Source: Candidatus Bipolaricaulota bacterium
Lineage (GTDB): Bacteria; Patescibacteriota; Patescibacteriia; UBA11705; DATKZF01
Length of the DNA stretch: 64,000 bases
Assembly: GCA_035528115.1 (NCBI GenBank)
Contig: DATKZF010000002.1
Span: 5,751-69,750 of the forward strand
Direction of reading: 5' to 3'
This document shows, in pieces, positions 28,453 through 38,337 of the stretch. Under the pieces are notes generated by a model, which saw only the letters and a program-made list of their open reading frames with translations, had not been told where the DNA came from and did not search any database. Position 1 is the stretch's first letter; each line of letters opens with the position of its first letter. A program made the position numbers and the translations under genes.

Positions 28453-29490
28453 TCATGCTTTTAGAAAAAAGTTTTCTAAACTTAATTTTATATTTATATT
28501 TTTAATAATATCTTGCCTTAAAGATTCCACTCCGAATAGCAGCGCCGTCAAATGATCGCAAGAAAACCTGCCGCGCAACTTGAGCAAATCATCGGCCAAA
28601 TGAATGTTGGAAATTTTTTCCGCCGCGCCCATTTCCGTCAAGAGCAAATCCCTGAGCACAATCGACCATTCATTGGCGTCGCTTAGCAAATCATCTTTTT
28701 TCTTTTGGCTGAATTCATCCGCGAAAAAAAACTTTTCCTTGACGCCACCGCAAAGCGCGCGCAAAAAACCGGCCTGATTGTCTTGGAGCGCCGAATATTG
28801 GTCGCCGTTCGACAAAAGTCTCATCGCCCTGGTCGGCCGGCCGAGCGCCAACCTCGAAAATATTTTCGCCTGATCTCTCGACGCGCTTTGTCCGAGCAAA
28901 TAATCGTATATGTCCGCTTTGGACACGGCCGAGAAAGAAAACGATTGGCATCTGGACACGATCGTGTCCAAAAGATTGTTCTTTGATCGGGCGATTAAAA
29001 TAATCACCGTCTTTTGCGCCGGTTCCTCCAGCGTCTTTAACAAGCTGTTGCTCGCCTTTTCATTCAAAGAATCCGCCTGCGGAACCAGCACGATTTTATA
29101 TGAATTTAGAAACGCTCTTTTACTTATTTTATCCTGCAAACCTTGCACTTGCTTGATCGAAATCTGCGTTTTCGAATCATCGCCCTCGCTGTTCAATTCC
29201 CTTTCCAAAAAATTTACGTCCGGATGAATGTTTTTCTCGAATTGCCGGCAATGGGAACATTGATTGCAAGGAACCTTCAATTTAGAATCCGAAGCTCCTT
29301 CTCTGAATTTCTTATAATTTTCGCAAAGTAATGTTTTGGCGAAAAGCTTGGCGGTCAAGGTTTTGCCCACATTATTGGGACCGTAAAACAAATACGCGTG
29401 AGTAAAAGACTCATTTTTCACGCTCTTTTGCAAAAACTTTTTGATTTTCTCCTGACCCAAAATCGGCCAGTCGAATTCCAAGTCTTTCAT
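28453..29490 (-). CDS. holB: DNA polymerase III subunit delta'
   Basis: HAYLFYGP--VGK, PCNQCSHC, HPDV, NSLLKTLEEP, TIVSRC. Confidence 0.9.
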   Translation of the reverse strand: MKDLEFDWPILGQEKIKKFLQKSVKNESFTHAYLFYGPNNVGKTLTAKLFAKTLLCENYKKFREGASDSKLKVPCNQCSHCRQFEKNIHPDVNFLERELNSEGDDSKTQISIKQVQGLQDKISKRAFLNSYKIVLVPQADSLNEKASNSLLKTLEEPAQKTVIILIARSKNNLLDTIVSRCQSFSFSAVSKADIYDYLLGQSASRDQAKIFSRLALGRPTRAMRLLSNGDQYSALQDNQAGFLRALCGGVKEKFFFADEFSQKKKDDLLSDANEWSIVLRDLLLTEMGAAEKISNIHLADDLLKLRGRFSCDHLTALLFGVESLRQDIIKNINIKLSLENFFLKA

Positions 29491-29556
29491 AGATTATTAT
29501 AGCATAATATTCATGAAGCATGAATAATGAAACATCAAACCCTCAAAGGACGGGGG

Positions 29557-29626
29557 GGCAGGCAGGTTGTCCACTTTTTGGCGTCAAAAAGTGGGTCGGC
29601 GCCGCCCCAAATGGGCAAGCCGAAAC
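29557..29626. repeat. Dispersed structured repeat, copy A
   Basis: Near-identical to 33890-33959; two hairpins. Confidence 0.7.
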
Positions 29627-29652
29627 CCATTCTAATTTTATAAAAGCAAGGT

Positions 29653-30159
29653 TTATAAAAAATTTTTGGACTCTTTTAATATTGTCAAATCTCTCTGTAA
29701 GATCATCTTTCCGATTTGATCGTCTGTTGTATCATTTTCAAATAATTCAATAGCTTGCTCAAAATTAACCCAGAGCAATTTAAAACCGAATGCTATTTCT
29801 TTATCTGTAAAGGATGTTTTTCCTTTATTTCCATCAACAACGGCCACATAACAATAAGAAGTGGAGATTTCTTTAACATTGTCACGGTACTCCTTAATAA
29901 TTCCCAACTCTTTAATATTCTTTATTTCACATCCGACTTCTTCCAGGCATTCTCTCTTTAAGGTTTCAATAGGTGTTTCATTTCCCTCAATTCCGCCACC
30001 CGGCAATTTATGATAATCATATTTCCCCACATAAAGCAAAGCCACCTTGAATTCTTCATCAAAAATTACGGTTCTGGAAGCTTTTATTACTTTATAATCG
30101 TCCCTTGGCAAGGCCTCCCTTTCCCTAGCTCTTTGATAAATTGTTTTCAGCATTTTCAT
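29653..30159 (-). CDS. NUDIX hydrolase
   Basis: KLPGGGIEGNETPIETLKRECLEEVG; start set at ATG 30159 after SD AAGGAG. Confidence 0.88.
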   Translation of the reverse strand: MKMLKTIYQRAREREALPRDDYKVIKASRTVIFDEEFKVALLYVGKYDYHKLPGGGIEGNETPIETLKRECLEEVGCEIKNIKELGIIKEYRDNVKEISTSYCYVAVVDGNKGKTSFTDKEIAFGFKLLWVNFEQAIELFENDTTDDQIGKMILQRDLTILKESKNFL

Positions 30160-30209
30160 AATCGCTCCTTGTTTTCGTAATTTTTGTAGCCGATTAGTAG
30201 ATTCGTAGC

Positions 30210-31400
30210 TTAATCGCCCAAAATCACTTCCAACGTCTCGCGAGCGCATTTTTCCCATGAAAATCTCTTTATATTTTCAAAACCTTTGGCGATCAATTCT
30301 TTTCTTAAATTTTCATCAGCGTCAATTTTGTTCATGGCTCGGACAATTTCTTCTTTGCTTTTCGGATCGATCAATAAAGCCGCGTCTCCCGCCACTTCGG
30401 GCAAACTGGTCGTATTGGAACAAATCACCGGGCAGCCGCAGGCCATGGCTTCCAGCGGCGGAATGCCGAATCCTTCATACAAACTCGGAAAAACCAAGGC
30501 TCTCGCGCCGGCCGTTAATTTTGACAAGTCCTCGACGCCCACCCAGCCCGGCGTGATAACGTCTTTTTGCAAGCCGAACTTTTCAATGTTTTCTTTGACG
30601 CGCTCAAAACCGTGCGTCACGAACCCGGAACCGGTTTTTGTATTGCCAACTAAAACCAACTTGCACTCCGGTCGCGATTTTTTGAATTCAGCGAAACATT
30701 CCACCAAAAACGGCGTGTTCTTTTTTTCTTCCAGTCTGCCCGTAAAAATGAAATAAGGTGAATTCAAACCGTATTTTAATTTGATTGATTCGATTTCTTC
30801 AGCCGGATAAATTTTATAATTGCCGGCGTCAAATCCGTTATAAACCACTTTTATTTTTTCAGCCGGAATTTTAAAAACATCCATTATTTCTTTTTTGGAA
30901 AATTCGGAAATGGTGATTATTTTCCAAGCAGAAAATTTGGCGAAACGAAGAGCGTATTTATGATAGACAATATCGTACCAAGGATAAATTTTCGGAAAGC
31001 GCTCAAAGCCTATATCATGCATGGTCACCACGGTTTTCTTCGGATGAAAAAGAGGAATGACATGCGCGGACACGAACAGCCTATCAGGCTCCTTTCCTGT
31101 TTTATCTCGTACATCTTGTAATCTGTATAATCTTGTACAAAAATCTCGTAATCTCGTAACCAACATTTCATAAGACAACCGAAACTGCGTCCACAATCTG
31201 CCCGGCGGCCAATTCAAAATTTTCTCCTCAAAATTTTCAGGACAGTTTTCCAGCCCATCTTTTAGCGGAACATTGGTATATAAAAAATAGCGGTTTTCTT
31301 TATCCAATTTTTTAAACCACTGAATCAAATGATATGAATACCACTCGGTACCCGTTTTATTGGGCTTATTGGCCCGAGAAGCGTCGATGCCAATTAACAT
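30210..31400 (-). CDS. Glycosyltransferase family 4 with in-frame repeat insertion
   Basis: IGIDAS, GRLEEKKN, FPSLYEGFGIPPLEAMACG. Confidence 0.92.
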   Translation of the reverse strand: MLIGIDASRANKPNKTGTEWYSYHLIQWFKKLDKENRYFLYTNVPLKDGLENCPENFEEKILNWPPGRLWTQFRLSYEMLVTRLRDFCTRLYRLQDVRDKTGKEPDRLFVSAHVIPLFHPKKTVVTMHDIGFERFPKIYPWYDIVYHKYALRFAKFSAWKIITISEFSKKEIMDVFKIPAEKIKVVYNGFDAGNYKIYPAEEIESIKLKYGLNSPYFIFTGRLEEKKNTPFLVECFAEFKKSRPECKLVLVGNTKTGSGFVTHGFERVKENIEKFGLQKDVITPGWVGVEDLSKLTAGARALVFPSLYEGFGIPPLEAMACGCPVICSNTTSLPEVAGDAALLIDPKSKEEIVRAMNKIDADENLRKELIAKGFENIKRFSWEKCARETLEVILGD

Positions 31401-31479
31401 ATTAGGTTATTAGGTAATTAGGTTATTAGGCAAAAACCACTATCCTGTGAATCTAAGAACCTAATAACCTACAAGCTCG

Positions 31480-32487
31480 TTACCTGGTCGCAAGTATTGA
31501 TCTTTTATACAAATCCAAATTATCCAAAGCCACGCCCGTGCCTTTGGCCACGCAAAGTAGCGCGTCGTCGGCGATATAGACCGGCACGCCGATGGCTTTG
31601 GAAATCAAGCGATCTATATTTCGGAGCAAGCTGCTGCCGCCGGACATGATGATGCCTTTATCGATCACGTCAGCCGATAATTCCGGCGGCGTGATGTGCA
31701 AAACTTCCTTGGTGGAATTGATAATGCCGTCCAGTTCTTTTTGCAAAGCTTCGGTCACGTCATTGGAATTCATTATAATGGTCTTCGGCAGCCCCGTGAT
31801 CATGTCCCGGCCGCGAACATCCATGGTCGGCGGACCTTCTTGATACATGGCCGAACCGATTTCTATCTTTATCGCCTCCGCAGTCCGTTCACCGATGGCC
31901 AGATTGTATTTTTTCCGAGTGTAGTCGGCAATGGCTTGATCGAATTTATTTCCGCCGATTCTAACTGATTTTGAAGTGACAATGCCTCCCAAAGAAATAA
32001 CGGCGACTTCGGAAGTGCCGCCGCCGATATCGATAATCATGTGTCCGGAAGCGCTGCCTATCGGGATATTGGCGCCGATGGCGGCCGCGATCGGTTCTTT
32101 GATAATGTAAGCGGCTCGCGCGCCCGCCGTGATGGTGGCGTCGATCACCGCTCTTCTTTCAGTCGAAGTGATACCGGCCGGCACGGCCACCATGACCTCG
32201 GGCCTGAAAATTTTAATACCGCCCAACGCTTTATTTATGAAGTATCTGAGCATGGCTTCGGTTATTTTGTAATCGGCTATTACTCCGTCTTTTAACGGCC
32301 GGCAGGCGACAATGGTGTCGGGCGTGCGACCGAGCATTTCCTTGGCCTCATCGCCGACAGCCAATATTTTTTTATCGGTCACTGAAATCGCCACAACAGA
32401 GGGCTCGTTGATCACGATCCCTTTTTTGGGCAAATGCACCAGCGTGTAAGTTGTCCCCAAATCAATGCCGATTTTTTTTATAAACAT
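31480..32487 (-). CDS. mreB: Rod shape-determining protein MreB
   Basis: IGIDLGT, NEPSVVA, PLKDGVIAD, DIGGGTSE. Confidence 0.95.
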   Translation of the reverse strand: MFIKKIGIDLGTTYTLVHLPKKGIVINEPSVVAISVTDKKILAVGDEAKEMLGRTPDTIVACRPLKDGVIADYKITEAMLRYFINKALGGIKIFRPEVMVAVPAGITSTERRAVIDATITAGARAAYIIKEPIAAAIGANIPIGSASGHMIIDIGGGTSEVAVISLGGIVTSKSVRIGGNKFDQAIADYTRKKYNLAIGERTAEAIKIEIGSAMYQEGPPTMDVRGRDMITGLPKTIIMNSNDVTEALQKELDGIINSTKEVLHITPPELSADVIDKGIIMSGGSSLLRNIDRLISKAIGVPVYIADDALLCVAKGTGVALDNLDLYKRSILATR

Positions 32488-32650
32488 ATTTAAGCGTATT
32501 CTTGAGTATCTTGTAATTCCTGCCTACCGGTCTTCGACTCCCGTTCGGCCACGAGCTCACGGCCGAGTGGCGAGCTCAGACTCGAGGAGCAGGCAGGCGT
32601 AACAAATAACATAAAAGATTGATAGCCGATTGTAATTCGTAACACGCGCT

Positions 32651-33181
32651 TCATGCTCCATCCTCCCTTTTTTTCATCTCCAGCAATTTATCCAATTTTA
32701 TCTTGGTCTCCTGTTCCAAAAAATATTTGTTTATACCGGGCAAAAAAGAAAGCCACCGTCTGAGCAAGTCTATTATTTTACTCACGTTGACTTTAACCTT
32801 GTTCAATAAAATTTGAATTTTTCCGGCCGTGATTTTTCCTTCGGCAGCGAATTTTTTCTGCTCGGAAGCGGACAATTGAACATACAGTTCATAAATGTCT
32901 TCTTGCATCACATCTTGAATGGATTTCAGCTGAATATTCGCCGGCGCGGCCGTTTGCGAGGCCAAATGACTCGCCGATTCCAAATCCAAAGCTCCGCGAA
33001 CATCTTCCTTGGCTGAAGCTTCAAATTCTTTTTTTGCCGCGGCCAGCTTTTCGTGAGTTAACCTTTCTTGCTCTTTGACTTCTTGCTCTGCTTTTTCTTC
33101 CGAAACCTTTTCCAAAGCCGGCTCGGCCGGCGTTAACTTTTCCAATTGCGCGTCCTTTTTTAATGGGTCCATTGGGGTCAT
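32651..33181 (-). CDS. Hypothetical protein
   Basis: Start reset to ATG 33181; C-terminal WL--LPG-NKYFLEQE-KIK segment. Confidence 0.75.
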   Translation of the reverse strand: MTPMDPLKKDAQLEKLTPAEPALEKVSEEKAEQEVKEQERLTHEKLAAAKKEFEASAKEDVRGALDLESASHLASQTAAPANIQLKSIQDVMQEDIYELYVQLSASEQKKFAAEGKITAGKIQILLNKVKVNVSKIIDLLRRWLSFLPGINKYFLEQETKIKLDKLLEMKKREDGA

Positions 33182-33306
33182 ATGAGTTTGATTAAGTGTA
33201 ATATTTTTTTGATTTTTTTGCAAATTTTGCCAAATATCATTATAAATTGTATCATATAAATGCCCCCCTTGACAAATCTCTTGTTTTTTTGTAAGGTATA
33301 ACAAAT

Positions 33307-33699
33307 ATGAAAAAAGCAAGATTAATCTATACAATTTACGCCATAATCGCCCTGTTTATCGTGGCTTTGCCGGCCATGACCGCTTCGGGTGCGTTTTCCG
33401 ATATGCAAAACGGCCTGGAAGTATTTAATCAGCACGCGGGCTTGCCGCAGGCAGGGTTGAACCAGTTGGTAGGCAGCATTATTAAACAAGCGCTGTCATT
33501 GCTGGGCATTTTTACCCTGATTATAGTCATGTATGGCGGCTTCTTGTGGATGATTTCAGGCGCCAACGAAGACAAAAAGAAAGAAGCCAAAGGAGTCTTC
33601 GTCAATGGCCTGATCGGCCTGGCCATCATTTTAATGGCTTATTCGGCCGTAAATTATATCTTTGACGTTTTTCAGAGCGCTACCATGAGTATTGAATAA
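33307..33699 (+). CDS. TrbC/VirB2-like pilin (CPR type)
   Basis: Signal peptide, YGGFLWMISG-NE-K--EAK---NG-IGL-II--AY pattern. Confidence 0.8.
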   Translation: MKKARLIYTIYAIIALFIVALPAMTASGAFSDMQNGLEVFNQHAGLPQAGLNQLVGSIIKQALSLLGIFTLIIVMYGGFLWMISGANEDKKKEAKGVFVNGLIGLAIILMAYSAVNYIFDVFQSATMSIE

Positions 33700-33859
33700 A
33701 ATTACATAATAATAAAAGACAGCCTAATCGGCTGTTTTTTTGTTTAATATCATCGATCCTTCACATTTCCAGCACCAGGGGTCTGGGGGAAAAGCTGAGC
33801 CATAGCGCGATCCTGGTAATTTAATCGTCGCATCGCGAATCTTTTTCCCCCAGAACTTT

Positions 33860-33959
33860 CCTGCCTGCCGCCTGCCTGCCGGCAGGCAGGGCAGGCAGGT
33901 TGCCTACTTTTTGGTTACAAAAAGTAGGTCGACGCTGCCCCAAATGGGCAAGTCGAAAC
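33860..33959. repeat. Nested CCTGCCTGCCGGCAGGCAGG palindrome plus structured repeat copy B
   Basis: Palindrome also at 13267-13286 and split at 32519-32598; tail matches 29557-29626. Confidence 0.7.
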
Positions 33960-34078
33960 AAGCCTGCTTAATCTATTTTAAAAGACAGCCAAAACGGCTG
34001 TTTTTTTGTATTCGCCAAGTATTGACTTTTTTAATAAAATATGATATAATTAAATATCCGAAACGGAAAGGAACGACC

Positions 34079-34288
34079 ATGCAATGGGAGTACTTGCTGG
34101 GATCCCTGCTGACGCTGTTCATTATGGCGTACGGCATGGCCAAGATCCTCGGAGTCCAGAAAAAGTTTGTTTCCGTCTCCAAAAAAGGCGGCCGCAAGCT
34201 CACCCGGGGAATCGTCAACCTTGTCCGAGAAGTCATCGCTCTGCCGTTTCGAATGATTCGGTGGGGCTGGCGCCGCCTGTCGAGGTGA
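34079..34288 (+). CDS. Small membrane orphan protein (MQWEYLLG...)
   Basis: Promoter TTGACT-17-TATAAT (34022-34050), SD AAAGGA, downstream hairpin CAGCCAC/GTGGCTG. Confidence 0.7.
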   Translation: MQWEYLLGSLLTLFIMAYGMAKILGVQKKFVSVSKKGGRKLTRGIVNLVREVIALPFRMIRWGWRRLSR

Positions 34289-34368
34289 CGCCATGGTTTC
34301 ACGGATTTTGCACAGCCACTCGCCTCGCGGGTGGCTGAAATCTTTTTAAAATGTTATAATAAAATCAG

Positions 34369-35322
34369 TTGAAACAAAAATACAAAGATCGTATGGCGAA
34401 CAAATATCCCACGCTTAAAAATTCCGCGGGACTGACCTGGCTCAAAATAAAAAAACCGAGAAAAAAAGAAATCGAGTATTTGCAAAACAACTACCATTTT
34501 TCAATGGTGCATTTAAACGATTGCCTGCCTCCGCTGCAACGGCCGAGACTGATCGAACACGACGATTATCTGTTCATGATTTTGACTTTCCCCGTCTATC
34601 AAGCCAAGTCAAGAAAGATAGTGCCTCTAGAAGTGGATTTTTTTATCAGTCAAAATTATTTGATCACCTGCCAGGAAACCGATTTTTTACCGCTTGATCG
34701 ATTGTTCGAGCAATATCGAAAAGACAAAAAATTACCCTCGGCTTTGGGGTCGTCCCCAGGATCTCTTTTATATGAAATACTTAACGATTCCATCGACAAC
34801 GCTTTCCCCATGCTCAATCATATCAGCAATGACATTGAAACGCTTGAGGACAAAATATTTTTAACTAAAAAATTCAAAGAAAACGTCATTCACGATATTT
34901 TGATTGCCAGAAGAAATATCGTCAGTTTCAAAAAATCGATTCAAGCTCACAAGGCGGTCATCAGAAAAATGGTGGATAAATCGACCAAATTTTTTCCGAC
35001 CAAACGGCTGGAGACGTACTTCACCAACGTGGTTGACGATCTGAAAGAAATTTGGGACACGCTGGACAATTACGGTGGCACCATTTCCGCCATTTTCGAA
35101 AGCAATGAATCCATTTATTCCGACAGATTGAATTCAATCATCAAAACTTTGACCATTTTCTCGGTAATCGTCTTCCCGCTGACCCTTTTGGCCGCGATTT
35201 TCGGCATGAACACGACCATGCCCCTGGTAGACACGCCCTACGGCTTTTATAAAATTGTGGGCTTGATGGCGTCAGGAACACTTATCATGCTGACCATTTT
35301 TAAAAAGAAGCACTGGCTCTAA
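34369..35322 (+). CDS. corA: CorA-family magnesium transporter
   Basis: QRPR, IKTLTIFSVIVFPLTLLAAIFGMN; true start may be ATG 34393. Confidence 0.88.
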   Translation: MKQKYKDRMANKYPTLKNSAGLTWLKIKKPRKKEIEYLQNNYHFSMVHLNDCLPPLQRPRLIEHDDYLFMILTFPVYQAKSRKIVPLEVDFFISQNYLITCQETDFLPLDRLFEQYRKDKKLPSALGSSPGSLLYEILNDSIDNAFPMLNHISNDIETLEDKIFLTKKFKENVIHDILIARRNIVSFKKSIQAHKAVIRKMVDKSTKFFPTKRLETYFTNVVDDLKEIWDTLDNYGGTISAIFESNESIYSDRLNSIIKTLTIFSVIVFPLTLLAAIFGMNTTMPLVDTPYGFYKIVGLMASGTLIMLTIFKKKHWL

Positions 35323-35370
35323 ACGACTACGAATCTACGAACATTCTACCTATACTACCAAAACAATAAT

Positions 35371-35745
35371 ATGACGGAGATCCTGTATAAAGATTTAAGT
35401 TATGTATTAAATGGCATCTTCTTTGACGTCTATAACACAATCGGTTACGGAAAACGGGAAAAGGCCTATTGCCAAGCGATCATAAAAGCTTTATACAATA
35501 ATAAAATAAAGTTCCTCTATCAATTCAAAGTCCCTTTAATTTATCATGAACATAAAATCGGCAATAGATATGCGGATTTTTTTATTGATGATAAAATTAT
35601 TGTCGAAATCAAAGTTGGAAAAACAACTTCATCTGATTTCAATCAAATAAAAGAATACCTGAACGTATCCGGATTAAAATTAGGATTATTAGTTGCATTC
35701 AAAAAAGAAGAAGTGAAAATATATAGAGTCCTCAATTTATATTAA
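35371..35745 (+). CDS. GxxExxY protein (PD-(D/E)XK nuclease-like)
   Basis: GKREKAY, YADFFIDDKIIVEIKV, QIKEYL, GLLVAF; flanked by CTACGAA and TTCGTAG tracts. Confidence 0.88.
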   Translation: MTEILYKDLSYVLNGIFFDVYNTIGYGKREKAYCQAIIKALYNNKIKFLYQFKVPLIYHEHKIGNRYADFFIDDKIIVEIKVGKTTSSDFNQIKEYLNVSGLKLGLLVAFKKEEVKIYRVLNLY

Positions 35746-35805
35746 TCATCCTTTCCTAGTCTCCATGTTTTCGTAGGATTCGTAACCTTCCGTAGTTTCG
35801 TAGTC

Positions 35806-36759
35806 TTAAATTTCCTTCAAGACTTTCTCCACGTCTTTTAACGTCTCCACCTTCACCAGCCTCTGCCTCGCTTCGCTCGCGTTGGGGAAACCTTTGAAAT
35901 AAAAAAGTAAAAATTTTCGCATTTCCATTATTCCTTTGTTGCCTTTCGTCTCAAACATCAATTTGGCGTGCTCAATAGCCATTTTTTTTATTTTTCTCAA
36001 ATCCCAATTTTTATAATCCCCTTTTTTCAAATACTCTTTTATCAATTTACCCAAATAAGGTTTTTTCCACAGCCCTCTGGCCAGACCGACGCCATCAACT
36101 CCGGTCTTATCAATCATTTTCTTGGTCGCTTCGGGCGAGTCTATTCCCCCATTGCCCAAAACAATTCCCTTAAAAGTTTCCTTAACTTTTTTAATCATTT
36201 CAAAATCAACAGGGCCGCTGAATCCTCCCTCATAACTTCGACCATGGATCATGACCGCGGCCACGGGCAAATCTTTTATTTTTTCAATCAAATCAGTGGC
36301 GTAAATGATTTGCTCGCCTTTTTTTATGGAAGCGCGAATTTTAATGGAAACCGGCACCTTGGCCGCTTCGCAGACGATTTTAATTATTTCATAACAATTA
36401 TCCAAATCTCTCATTAAAGTGACTCCCCCGCCATGCGCCACCACTTTTCTGGCCGGACAGCCGAAATTTATATCGATACCGTCATAGCCGAAACTTTCAA
36501 CGATTTTCACGGCCTTGGCGAACATTTCCGGACGTTTACCAAAAAGCTGGCAGACAACCGGTTTTTCTTTTTTATTAAATTTAAGCATTTCCAAAGTCTT
36601 TTTGGCATCATAATGCAGCGCGTCAGCGGAAATCATTTCCGTGTAGACAACGTCAGCGCCGTATTTTCGACAAATCAAACGAAAGGCGGAGTCAGTGTAT
36701 CCGGCCATGGGCGCCACGGCGATGATCGGCTTTTTCAATTTTTGCCAAAAATTCTTCAT
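35806..36759 (-). CDS. dusB: tRNA-dihydrouridine synthase (DusB-like)
   Basis: APMAGYTD-AFR, IDINFGCP, IHGR, GNGGI. Confidence 0.85.
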   Translation of the reverse strand: MKNFWQKLKKPIIAVAPMAGYTDSAFRLICRKYGADVVYTEMISADALHYDAKKTLEMLKFNKKEKPVVCQLFGKRPEMFAKAVKIVESFGYDGIDINFGCPARKVVAHGGGVTLMRDLDNCYEIIKIVCEAAKVPVSIKIRASIKKGEQIIYATDLIEKIKDLPVAAVMIHGRSYEGGFSGPVDFEMIKKVKETFKGIVLGNGGIDSPEATKKMIDKTGVDGVGLARGLWKKPYLGKLIKEYLKKGDYKNWDLRKIKKMAIEHAKLMFETKGNKGIMEMRKFLLFYFKGFPNASEARQRLVKVETLKDVEKVLKEI

Positions 36760-37355
36760 CTGAAATTTCTATATTTTAATTCAAAACCATAAATCTTCTC
36801 AAAATTCTTTTTAAAATCAGCTTTGCTTTTTATTTTTTTCAAACTTTCAATCAATGAAAGCAGTTTTTTCGCTCCATATTTTTTTACCAAAAACGAAACC
36901 GCATTGCCGGATTCCTTAAAAACGCCCGGACCGGTTTTTTTATAATATCTTAAAAAACTTTTGTATTCATTCATTTTTTTATCCAATTGACCCGATAAAA
37001 ACAATGAAGTCCCTTCCCACAGCCAATCGGGTTCCGCCTTTCCATTTGATAATTTCAAAAAAAACAAATGCGCCAATTCATGTTTGATCAATTGATAATA
37101 ATCTTTGTCCGAATATTTATGAATGCTTTCCGCGTTATAATTCTCGGGTCGCAATATGTAAATCTTGCCTTTATGAGCCCAACCGACAAGCCAACGAGGG
37201 GTCTTGTAACCCAAAAACTTGTCAATCTCTTTTCGGTCATTGACGAATCGAACCTGCGGTTTTAATTTCAAGTCAAAAAAAGCTTCAAGCTCTTTTAAAG
37301 CTTGCTCGTAGAACTTTTTTATTTTCATTGGCATGATAAATTTTTCTTTGGGCAT
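36756..37355 (-). CDS. Zincin-like (HExxH) peptidase-domain protein
   Basis: IKHELAH...PDWLWEG. Confidence 0.75.
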   Translation of the reverse strand: MPKEKFIMPMKIKKFYEQALKELEAFFDLKLKPQVRFVNDRKEIDKFLGYKTPRWLVGWAHKGKIYILRPENYNAESIHKYSDKDYYQLIKHELAHLFFLKLSNGKAEPDWLWEGTSLFLSGQLDKKMNEYKSFLRYYKKTGPGVFKESGNAVSFLVKKYGAKKLLSLIESLKKIKSKADFKKNFEKIYGFELKYRNFR

Positions 37356-37389
37356 ATGATCACAAACTATAAGTCACAAGACTGGACAA

Positions 37390-38241
37390 TTATTTTAAAC
37401 GGTTATTATCCCCGCGTCCAAGCTGTCGCGAGTTCCGCTTGTCAATCACGCTTTTTCCTGTTTTACTCTCAATCTCTTTTCTGGCGTTGCCGGCCACGTT
37501 CCCTCCTTGTCGCGCCACGACTTTATTTTGATCAAGATTTTTAGGCTCATGCTTTCGTGAAATTTCAGTTGTGGCGGTTTCAGCCAACATATTCAAAACC
37601 AACTCCATATTAGTCATATTGTCCCGCAAATTTTCTTTTTGAAGTTTCTTTAATCTTTTATATTCTTTGGTGGTCATTCCCGCCCAGGCTTCGGTAATTT
37701 CATCGGTTAAAATAGCGAATTCCCGTCCATCGCTAACCCCTCGATGTTCCCATTCATCAGTTAAAGCTTTACGTATCTCAATGCTTTTTAATCTTTGATT
37801 TATCCATTCCGGGCCATAGCCTTTTTGCAGATAGGTTTTTAACGCGCGATTGATAGCCAGCTCTGGATCAGCGGTTTCTTCCAATCTTTCATATCCAACC
37901 CTTGCCAACCATAACTTGAAAGGCTCCGCGTTGGGAGAAGGTATGGACTGAATAAGTCGAAGCATGGTTTCCGTATCAGCGGCGTCAGCAAGGCGCATTT
38001 TGCCGTCAGCGGCAATCATTTTCAAAGCGTGACATTTTGTCACGGTTTCATTTCCGCCCTCTTTAAGCAGTCTTTCCTTAAATTTCCGCCAATATGCCTG
38101 CGGGTCAACGCTCTTGGTCAAAACCGCAATTACATCTGATACGGCAAAATACCACAGCTCTTTATCCTCGTCCCAATGGCGACGGATTTGCTGGCCATCA
38201 AAGATAGCGATTGTCTTATGCTTTAATTGTTTTTTAGCCAT
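37390..38241 (-). CDS. Bro-N domain protein (phage antirepressor-like)
   Basis: IRR-WD---WYF-V-DVI-VL, RLIQSIPSP-AEPFKLWLA, ENLRDNM. Confidence 0.85.
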   Translation of the reverse strand: MAKKQLKHKTIAIFDGQQIRRHWDEDKELWYFAVSDVIAVLTKSVDPQAYWRKFKERLLKEGGNETVTKCHALKMIAADGKMRLADAADTETMLRLIQSIPSPNAEPFKLWLARVGYERLEETADPELAINRALKTYLQKGYGPEWINQRLKSIEIRKALTDEWEHRGVSDGREFAILTDEITEAWAGMTTKEYKRLKKLQKENLRDNMTNMELVLNMLAETATTEISRKHEPKNLDQNKVVARQGGNVAGNARKEIESKTGKSVIDKRNSRQLGRGDNNRLK

Positions 38242-38337
38242 ATTTTTTCTTGTAAAAACAAATTGTAGGCCGGCGCATCACCCGGATTCCTGCATCTCAA
38301 TTATTTCGAGCCTCGATACCCCTACCGCAACCGCGGA

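Noticed and set aside
37390-38241. Prophage suggested by the Bro-N gene
   Set aside because: Isolated gene with no other phage genes or att sites nearby.
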